Assembly: GCF_009914755.1 (NCBI RefSeq)
Contig: NC_060931.1
From: the human T2T-CHM13v2.0 reference genome, Homo sapiens
DNA length: 64,000 bases
Reading direction: 5' to 3' (one strand)
Part shown: in pieces, positions 54,517 to 64,000 of the stretch
Numbering within the stretch: position 1 is the stretch's first letter
Layout of the letters: every line of letters starts with the position of its first letter
Translations under genes and position numbers: made by a program
Notes under the pieces: model-generated
What the model was told of the DNA's origin: nothing
Seen by the model: the letters and a program-made list of their open reading frames with translations, nothing else
Databases searched by the model: none

Positions 54517-54816
54517 GTCCAGTGCAGTGGCTCACACCTGTGATCCCAGCACTTTAGGAGGCCCAGGTGGGAGAATCACTTAAGCCCAGGAGTTTGAGAG
54601 CAGTCTGGGCAACAAAGCAAGACCCTGAGTGTTAAAAAATAAAAAAAATTAGTCAGGCACAGTGGTACATGGCTGTAATCTCAGCTACTTGGGAGGCTGA
54701 GGCAGGAGGATCCCTTGAGCTCAGGAGATCAAGGCTGCGGTGAACTATGATTTTACCACTGTCCTCCAGCCTGGGTGACAGAGCAAGACCCTGTCTCAAA
54801 AACAAACAAACAAAAA
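54517..54816 (+). mobile_element. AluJ
   Basis: ggaggatcccttgagctcaggagatcaaggctgcggtga (J-type). Confidence 0.93.
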
Positions 54817-55007
54817 GCTAAAGCAAACATGTGAAAAGAGGGAATAGAGGGAAAAGCCAGTTATACATTCATCTCAGGGTAGACAGAGGGATGATTTCTG
54901 GTCTTGTCCTTGTCCTGTGAAATTAAACAAGCAATTGACATTGTCAGAAAGTAATTCAACAGAATTTGGTTTTAGGGTTAGTTTATGGGGTGATATATAT
55001 ACTAAAG

Positions 55008-55357
55008 CAGGGGTTGGTCCCCAGCCACCAGTCCATGGACGGGTGCCATTCGGTGGCCTATTAGGAACCGGGCCACACAGCAGGAGGTGCGCTGTGGGCC
55101 AGGGAGCATTACCGCCTGAGCTTCACCTCCTGGCCGATCGGCAGTGGCATTAGATTCTCATAGGAGCACGGACCCTATTGTGAACTGCGCATGTGAGGGA
55201 TCTAGGTTATGTACTCCTTATGAGAATCTAACTAATGACTGATGATCTGAGGCGAAGAGTTTCATCCCAAAACCATGCCTCCCCCTTGCCCCAATCCGTG
55301 GAAAAATTGTCTTCCAGGAAACTGGTCCCTGGTGCCAAAAAGGCTGGGGGACTGCTG
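55008..55357 (+). mobile_element. MER1B (hAT-Charlie)
   Basis: cagggg...gcattagattctcataggagc...ggtgccaaaaaggctgggggactgctg; 8-bp TSD tactaaag/tcctaaaa. Confidence 0.92.
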
Positions 55358-56184
55358 TCCTAAAAGATTTAGGGGCTCACAGGGAATTTCCTTGTGAGCA
55401 ATTTCTGCAGGAGGCCATTGGGGAGGTATGTGGCCTTCTATTGTCCAAGCTTAACTTTCCCTTTGGTGTAGTGAGTCTGGGATCACGAGATGGTATTTTC
55501 TTTCACAGAGGATCAGGCCTTTGGGTACCTGAGGCCCTGACATTTCTCTTCAGCAGAAACCAATTCATTTGATTTTCAGAAAATGTGACCAAGTTACCCA
55601 GGTACCTTTATCACCCTTCCTGCTCCCCAGCTCCCCACCATCAGCCCATTCTTTTCATAGGCAGGAAGCCTATTTAGAAAGCCAAATTAAGATTAGATAA
55701 GAAAAGGAAGGAAGTTGAATGTTGTTTTTATTTGGCTCTGATGCCCAGAAAACGTCAATTTTGTGCTATAAAGATCCCTGAAACTGCATATTCTTGACAT
55801 TTGAGATGATTTATCTGAAAGCGCTTTGAAAACCATAAAGCAGCATTACTGTTATTACTGCATTTCACTTATTCCCATAACAAGGCTTCATAGGGTCTTT
55901 ATGATTGCCATAGGTAATGGGAATTTAAGGGGCAAAAAGGGCAGCCACTGCCCCCGGGGGACAGAGTGGGGTGGAGTGTCCCGTGCACAACTCATTGGCA
56001 TGCAAGGTGGGAAGTCCAGGAACTGGGAACTCAGGGAAAGGAGTGCTACTCCATGCCTCTTTCCTCTGGATTCTGAATGCCTTAAGGGCAGAGGCCAACC
56101 TATTTATCCACATTTCCTCAAGGTCTGATGTAATACTTGGCACATAGTAATTATTTGAATGATGAAGATAAATTATGGGCCATT

Positions 56185-57160
56185 TGTTAGTTAGGATTCT
56201 TTGAGTTCCAGGTAATAGAAAACCAGCTTGAGTCCGTCTAAACATGAAAAGATTTATTGGAATGATCAGGGTGGTTTAGAAAGTCAACACCACCATCAGA
56301 ATAGAAAAACAGCACCTAAAAGCAGAACCTGGGGAAGGCTGTGCCCAGGGCTCTTCTGAGAACTTCTCATGCCGAAACCTCGGGCACCCGCAGGGTCACT
56401 CAACCTCCACTGCTCTTGTTTGTGTTGTGTTCATTCTCTCCTCCTGCAGGTAAACTGGGGATATGCAGTGGGCACAGGTGAGAGAGAGGAGTTTGGCGGC
56501 ACTGGTTTCCCAAGACACAGGACACAAGACCCCTCCAATAAAACAGGATGCAGTAGAGAAGCTGAGCAAAACCTACCAAAACCAAGAAGGCAACAGAAGT
56601 GGCCTCTGGTTACCCTTGCTGCTCATTATATGCTAATTATAACACACTAGCAGGCAAAAAGGCACTCCCACCAGTGCCATGAGGGTTTACAAATGCCATG
56701 GCAACCTGGCACCCCAATCCCCACCCCCAATAAATTACCCGGAAAACTCATGAATAATCCACACTTTGTTTAGCGTATGATCAAGAAATAAATCATAAAA
56801 ATAGCCAACCAGCAGCCCTCAAGGCTGCCTTGCCTATGGAGTAGGCACGTTTTTATTGCATTACTTTCTTAATAAATGTGTATTCACTTTACTCAGTTGG
56901 CTTGCTCTTGAATTCTTTCCTGCATATAGCTAAGGACCCACTTGGCTTCCTGGGCTGACCCCAATTTTGGGGTTTGCCCTGTGACACAGGGGAAGCTGGT
57001 GGTTCTGAACTCAAAGTTTTCGAATCTTATCTCAGGAGAGGGAAGAGCTGTCTCTTCTGAGCTTTATTTATACCACCCGGGGGGAAGGACTCTGGCCCAG
57101 GAGGAAGAGGTCACCAGTCACTGAGATAGACTACAGGGGTGTACATGTGAGAGCACGGTA
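56185..57160 (-). mobile_element. Old MLT1 (J/K/L-like) LTR interrupted by MER41
   Basis: tgttagttaggattcttt...agaaaaccagctt...atttattggaa; right boundary uncertain. Confidence 0.45.
56471..56986 (+). mobile_element. MER41-family ERV1 LTR
   Basis: gctcattatatgctaattataa...cactcccaccagtgccatg...ggaaaactcatgaataatccac...gcctatggagtag...ctttcttaataaa. Confidence 0.88.
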
Positions 57161-57868
57161 TGGGGGAAGAGGCTCCTCAAAGAAGGCAGATTTTCCTAGA
57201 ACAGCACCTGCTGGCATGTAGTGGTTATAAGAGACCCCCTGACTCCAAGAAAGCAGATAGGATTAACAGGCTGTGACTCTTAGTTGCAGAATTTTTGGAA
57301 AGGTTCAATAAGGTCTAAATGTCCCTCTGTAGATAGACTAAATTATAAAAGTGAAGGAGAACTTTTGCAAATCCTAGGCTGAAAGCCCTTTGTTTATAAA
57401 TCATGCTTACTTGCTTTTATGTTTCTACCAAAATTAGGATGACATTTGTTCCAGAGTGTCCCAAATCTGATAAGACAAGATTATGACTGTAACTTTTGGC
57501 CTGAATGAAATAATAAGAGTGCAGAGACGGGTGCCCTGCCCTGGTATGAGTTGTTCTGATGACTCACAGAGTTTTGGTGGCTCTAATCGGTGCTCTAGCA
57601 TCTCTGGAGTTAGATGGCTCTGCAGCTGAAGAAGCCTCAATCCAGGGGTGCAGGTGCTATTTAAATATTTCCTGGTACTTCCTTTAATAGGGCATGGGAG
57701 AGTGAGAACCTTGAATAAGTCTCTATTTCTTATTATAGTTCTGAAGTTTGCAGTTTATTGCAAACAAAAGACTCCAAGGTTGTCTTGCTCAGAATCAGGA
57801 GGGCTCTGGTTGGTCTTAGACCAGTGGTGTTTCCACGGTTCTTTCTGATGATCCAAAGTTCTAGAAAT

Positions 57869-58336
57869 TGTTATGCACATGTCTAATTGAAGAGACAACC
57901 TGAACAGGCTAAATGTGAGCAACAAGGCTGTTTATTCACTTGGGTGGAAGTGGGCTGAGTCCGAGAAAGGAGTCAGCGAAGGGTGGTGGGAGGGGAACTG
58001 GTTTTATAGGTTTGGGGTAAGTAGTGGAAAGTTATAGTTAGGGGCAGTTTTTTTGGGCAGGGGAAGAATGTCACAGGGTGCATAGTCACAAGGTGGGAGG
58101 AGGTCACAATGCACGATATCACGGGGTCAATTGATTATTTAGGGTAGGGCAGGAATATATCACATTGGTGGATTGTTGCAAGGTTGGTTAATCAGTTAAG
58201 GCAGGAACTAGCTGTTTCTTCTCCTTTAGTGCTTCTCTTGTTGCTCCAGGCTTTGTGACTGCAGGAGGCCTGTATGTGTGGGTCACAGGAGTCACAATGG
58301 CTCAACCATTGTGTAGCCTGTTCAGAGGACCTTACA
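57869..58336 (-). mobile_element. LTR7-family (HERV-H, LTR7C-like) solo LTR
   Basis: gtgagcaacaaggctgtttatt...gggctgagtccgagaaaggagtcagcgaaggg matches LTR7 R/U5; TG...CA ends; TSD gaaat/gaaac; minus-strand TATAAAA (58002-58008) and AATAAA (57931-57936). Confidence 0.85.
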
Positions 58337-58789
58337 GAAACAAGGCAGAGAGAGCACTGGCTTCCCCCAAAGTGAAGAATTGGAACTTGCCTCTCTGACA
58401 AGAAACTTCTGTGAGAGTTGGGACTGTGGAGGAAGTGACAGGGCAAGGATTCTGTTCCTGAAGGTTTTCACACTGGCTGTGCACGTTTGGGGTGGCAAAG
58501 TGATGCAAGGGACAGAGGTCATTGAGTCCTGTTCACAGGAGGCCAAACATTGCAGACAATGCATGGAAAGCAGAGATTCCAGGAACAGAGTAGATCCAGA
58601 ACAGGTCCTCGACCCTGTAGTAGGAATGAACAAAGAAAGGCCCCAAAGGGGATTTGAGATCTGGGTCCAAGAGACTGAATAGAAGCTAAGGTGGCTGAAT
58701 AGAGCTGTCAGCGGGAGGGCTGAGTCAAGAATACAAATGATAGTTGGGTAGATAACCAGGTTGGGAAAATGAGCTGGGGGTAGACTTCT

Positions 58790-59051
58790 TTACATTTTCT
58801 CAATTGTGGTCGCCTAGGCTAGTGACCCAGGAAAACACAAAGGCAGTAGCGTTCATATAGTTCTTTTTAAATAAGGCTGCTTTCCTGAGGCAGGCTTTGC
58901 AGCCAAAGTTCCCATGCAAATTTCCACTGAGTGTTGCCACATTTTAAATAGGGTTCTTTGGTGAAGCCACAGTTCAGAGTAGCAAGAATTTTAAAAATTG
59001 CTATTTAAAACAAACACTTCATCAATGCTTCTGCCCTCTGCCAGCATAATT
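58790..59051 (+). repeat. 262-bp direct repeat, copy 1 (putative donor)
   Basis: Aligns without gaps to 61347-61608; 254/262 identical. Confidence 0.97.
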
Positions 59052-59802
59052 GCTCTTAGGGCCAAATCGTTTTCTGCTTAACCAAATGAATTAATAGATA
59101 TGTGGCTCTGTAGGGGGCAGCTCCCCTCCTACTGTACAAGCAGCCACACCATTTGGAAGCAGAGGGCACAATATAGAGAGAATTGAATGGCTCTGCATAA
59201 GAAATCAAGCTGAATTTAGAGTTTTTGTGGACAGAGGAGTGAGAGGGTGAAGGAGGAAAGGGAACCAGATGAGCAACATGACAGAGCTGGGTCTTGAGAA
59301 GAGATGACCCATAAAAATACCTGAATCTGGCCCTTCTTGTGTTAGGGCTGGCCAGGGGACCTCTAAAAACAGCAAGGCTGCCCTTCAGTTTTCTCACTGT
59401 ATTAGAAATAATATTACAAGTATAAGATAGTAAAGTATATCATTCATTTTAAACTGTAAAGGCAAAATTAGTTAAATTTTGATTGCAAAATATTCCATTT
59501 TGTCTGTTGATGTTCTGTAATAGAAGCCCTGCCCCCAATCTTTGCCTCCAAATCCATAGTAAAGGTGATTGGTCACAACCTCTGTGGGGGTGGGGTTTGT
59601 GAGAATCCAGGAAGAAGGGGCAATGTTCCATCTTTGGGTCAATGTGGAGTAAAGAGAAGGGGGAACACCAGCAAATGTGAGAGGAGAATAATGTGGCAGA
59701 CTCAGCAGGAGGATGAAAGTGATGCAGTGGATTCTACATAAGCAATGCCTGGAAGAAATAGGAGTGCACCCTGTATTTTCCATCATGTCTGGGAAAGAAG
59801 CT

Positions 59803-60163
59803 TGTATTAGTCTGTTTTCTGCTGATAAACATACCCGAGATTGGGCAATTTACAAAAGAAAGAGGTTTAATGGGACTTACAGTTCCACGTGGCTGGGGAA
59901 GCCTCACAATCATGGCAGAAGGCAAGGAGGAGCAAGTCACATCTTATGTGGATGGCAGCAGTCAAAGAGCAAGCTTGTGCAGAGAAACTCCCATTTTTAA
60001 AACCATCAGATCTCGTGAGACCCATTCACTATCAGGAGAACAGCATGGGAAAGACCCACCCCCATGATTCAGTCATCTCTCACCAAGTCCTTCCCACAAC
60101 ACGTGGGAATTATGGAAGCTGCAAGATGAGATTTAGGTGGGGACACAGAGCCAAACCGTATCA
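59803..60163 (-). mobile_element. THE1A/B-type solo LTR
   Basis: tgtattagtc...gagccaaaccgtatca; perfect 5-bp TSD aagct. Confidence 0.95.
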
Positions 60164-61346
60164 AAGCTGCACCCACTGTTTTGTCTTCTTATTTTATTTT
60201 TAAAACAATTCCAACCTATAATAAATGAGAAGTTTAAACATCCTGAAATGTTAAAAGGAAAGCCCTCTGACATCCTGTGTTTCCACAACATAGAGTCAAG
60301 AATTAACATTTGCCATATTTACTTTATTTATCTTTCTCTATATATGTTTTAACTTTTTATTTGTATATTTATTTATTTATTGAGCCATTTGCATATGAGT
60401 TGCAGAATATCATGATACTCGAGTACTATAGACTTATGTGTATATAAGCCACCATCACTCAAAGATCTCCAGATAGCTGGCACCAGAGTTACAAAGGTGT
60501 GCAGAGAAAGGCTCCCACTCCTCCTCCTGGGATGTCTGGACCCCAGTGCAGGTGAAGCCCTATACCCATCCCCACTCCCTCAAGTTGGCTTTGGAGGAGA
60601 TAGCCCCTGTATTAATCTGTTCTCACACTGCTGTAAAGAACTACCAGAGACTGGGTAATTTATGAAGAAAAGAGGTTTAATTGACTCACAGTTCCATGGG
60701 CTAAAGAGGAAGCATGACCGGGAGGCCTCAGGAAACTTACAATTATGATGGAAGGTGAAGGGCAAGGACCTTCTTCACATGGTAGCAGAAGAAAGAGAGA
60801 GAGTGACGGGGGAAGTGCTAAACACTTTTAAACCATCAGATTTCGTGAGAACTCACTCATCATCACAAGAACAGCAAGGGGGAAACCCACCCCCATTATC
60901 CAATCACCTCCCACCAGGTCCCTCCCCCAACATTGAGAATTGAAATTTGACATGAGGTTTGGGTGAGGACACAGAGCCAAACCATATCATTTGGCACCTG
61001 GCTCTTCCAAAATCTCATGTCCTTCTCACATTTCAAAACACAGTCATGCTTTCCTAACATTCCCCCAAAGTCTTAATTCATTCCAGCATTAACCAAAAAG
61101 TCCAAGTCCAAAGTCTCATTTGAGACAAGGCAAGTCCTTTCCACCTGTGAGCCTGTAAAATAAAAAACAAGTTAGTTACCTCCAAGATACAATGGAGGTA
61201 CAGGCATTGGGTAAATGCTCCCATTCCAAATGGGAGAAATTGGCCAAAACATAGGTGCTACAGGCCCCATGCAAGTCCAAAGCCCAGTAGGGCAGTCATT
61301 AAATCTTAAAGCTTCAAAATAATTTCCTTTGACTCAATGTCTCACA

Positions 61347-61608
61347 TTACATTTTCTCAACTGTGGTCTCCTAGGCTAGTGACCCAGGAAAACACAAAGA
61401 CAGTAGCATTCATATAGCAGTTTTTAAATAGGGCTGCTTTCCTGAGGCAGGCTTTGCAGCCAAAGTTCCCATGCAAATTTCCACTGAGTGTTGCCACATT
61501 TTAAATAGGGTTCTTTGGTGAAGCCACAGTTCAGAGTAGCAAGAATTTTAAAAATTGCTATTTAAAACAAACACTTCATCAATGCTTCTGCCCTCTGCCA
61601 GCATAATT
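61347..61608 (+). repeat. 262-bp direct repeat, copy 2 (insertion into the MaLR internal region)
   Basis: Interrupts MaLR-int sequence between ...atgtctcacat and gatgcaaggggtaggctccc... Confidence 0.97.
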
Positions 61609-62365
61609 TATGAAGATGCAAGGGGTAGGCTCCCATGGCTTTGGGCAGCTCTGCCACTGTGGCTCTGCAGGGTACAGCCCCCACAGCTGATAAACTCACA
61701 GTTGGGGTTAAGTGCCTGTGGCTTTTCCAGGTGCACAGTGCAAGATGTCAGTGAATCTACCATCCTGGCATCTAAAGGATGGTGGCCCTCTTCTCACTGC
61801 TCTACTAGGTAGTATCCAGGTGAGGACGCTGTATGGGGGCTCCAACCCCACATTTCTCCTCCACACTGCCCTAATAGAGGTTCTCCATGAGGGCTCTGCT
61901 CCTGCAGCAGATTTCTGCCTGGACATCCAGGAATTTCCATACATCCTGTGAATTCTGGGCAGGCGCTCCCAAGCTTCAACTCTTGCCTTCTGCACACCCA
62001 CAGGCCCGACACCACATGGAAGCTGCCAAGGCTAGGGGCTTGCACCCTTTGAAGCCATGGCCCCAGCTGCACCTTGGCCCCTTTTAGCCATAGCTGGAGC
62101 TGGAGTGGCTGGAAGGCAGGGTGTCATGTCCTGAGGCTGACAGAGCAGCAGGGCCCTGGGCCTGGCCCATGAAATCACTTTTCTCTCCTAGGCCTCCAGG
62201 CCTGTGATGGGTGGGGCTGCCATGAAGTTATCTGAAAGCCCTGGAGACATTTTCCTTATTGTCCTGGCTATTAACATTCAGCTTCTCTTTACTTATGCAC
62301 ATTTCTGCAGCAGGCATGAATTTGTCCTCAGAAAATGGGTTTTTCTTTTCTACCACATGGCTGTG

Positions 62366-63145
<780 letters not shown>

Positions 63146-64000
63146 ATTTTCAGTTGTCTTTATAGCAGTGCCCCACTCTGGGTACCAGTTCTGGTACCAA
63201 TTTTCTATATTTGTCCATTCTCACATTGCTATAAAGAATTATCTGAGACTGGGTAATTTATGAAGAAAAAGGTTTAATTGACTCACAGTTCCATAGGCTT
63301 AACAGGTAGCATGACTGGAAGGCCTGAAGAAACTTACAATCATGGTAGAAGGCAAAGGGGAAGCAAGGACCTTCTTCACATGACAGCAGGAGAGAGCAAG
63401 CAAGGGAGGGGGACATGTCACATACTTTTAAACCATCAGATCTTGTGAGAACTCACTCACTATCATGAGAACAGCATGGGGGAAATCCACCCCCAAGATC
63501 CAATCACCAGGTCCCTTCCCCAATATTAAGAATTACAATTCAACATGAGATTGGGGTGTGGACACAGAGCCATATCGTATCAGCCCACCTTGTCACAGCA
63601 TCATCTTGTCTCCTCCTTCTCACTCTCTTTTCTTCTCCCCAGGACATTTTCCCCTTGTCTCTTTCCTTGAGTCTATTTCCTACTCAGTCTGTCTGTGAAG
63701 TATCTCCTTGTTGCTGTCATCCTAGGCTGGGTCTTTCTGCGTACCTGGAGTCATAGAGGACTGATGTGTTTTAGGAGAGGACAGAGTGGAGGAAGTGTAT
63801 CGGGAGCAGAGGGAGTGGTATTTTGGGGAAAGTGGTCTTGGATGCCCTTTAGCCCAGAGTAGCCCTGGAAGTGGCTTGGGTGAAGGGTGTCTTGGAGCAC
63901 CGTTGGTGGTCTGTCTGTCTGTCCATCAGCCTGCTCTGCCAGGCTCTGTATGTCTGTCTGTACATTCTTCTGTCTTTGTTTATGCCTCAGACTTTATTTC

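Larger units (their letters stand above)
54189..55507 (-). mobile_element. MER4-family ERV1 LTR containing AluJ and MER1B insertions
   Basis: Right end reverse complement tgtgaaagaaaataccatctcgtgatcccagactcactacaccaaagggaaagttaagcttgg matches the MER4 5' end; aggtttatttagccaaggtt poly(A)-signal region at left. Confidence 0.8.

Noticed and set aside
54430-54870. Repeated acatgtgaaaagaggg...agaaaag motif on both sides of the AluJ
   Set aside because: Most simply explained as an internal repeat of the MER4-family LTR, not a separate element.

Overview
Primate (human-like) non-coding genomic DNA. I find no credible protein-coding exon, RNA gene or CRISPR array: the listed ORFs are Alu-, LTR-, MaLR-internal-, simple-repeat-derived or chance ORFs. 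The window is a mosaic of 17 Alu elements (J and S types, many with target-site duplications, TSDs), old L1/L2/MIR fragments, hAT DNA transposons (MER5, MER1B, Charlie-like) and many LTR elements. An LTR-dense right end (54-63.6 kb) holds MER4-, MER41-, LTR7C-like and THE1 LTRs plus a complete MSTA/THE1D-type MaLR provirus. The left 1 kb retains more CpG than the rest and may be the edge of a promoter/CpG island outside the window. The most unusual observation is a 262-bp piece of local non-repeat DNA (58790-59051) copied into the MaLR internal region (61347-61608). Its junctions suggest a multi-step template switch, and 177 bp of it is perfectly identical between copies while the other 85 bp differ at 8 positions (likely gene conversion). 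Other template-switch scars, a quasi-palindromic 25-bp VNTR and a CTCF-like motif are also present. I see no evidence of a new gene system. Repeat subfamily names come from recalled consensus sequences and need RepeatMasker/Dfam confirmation; boundaries of old repeats are approximate.
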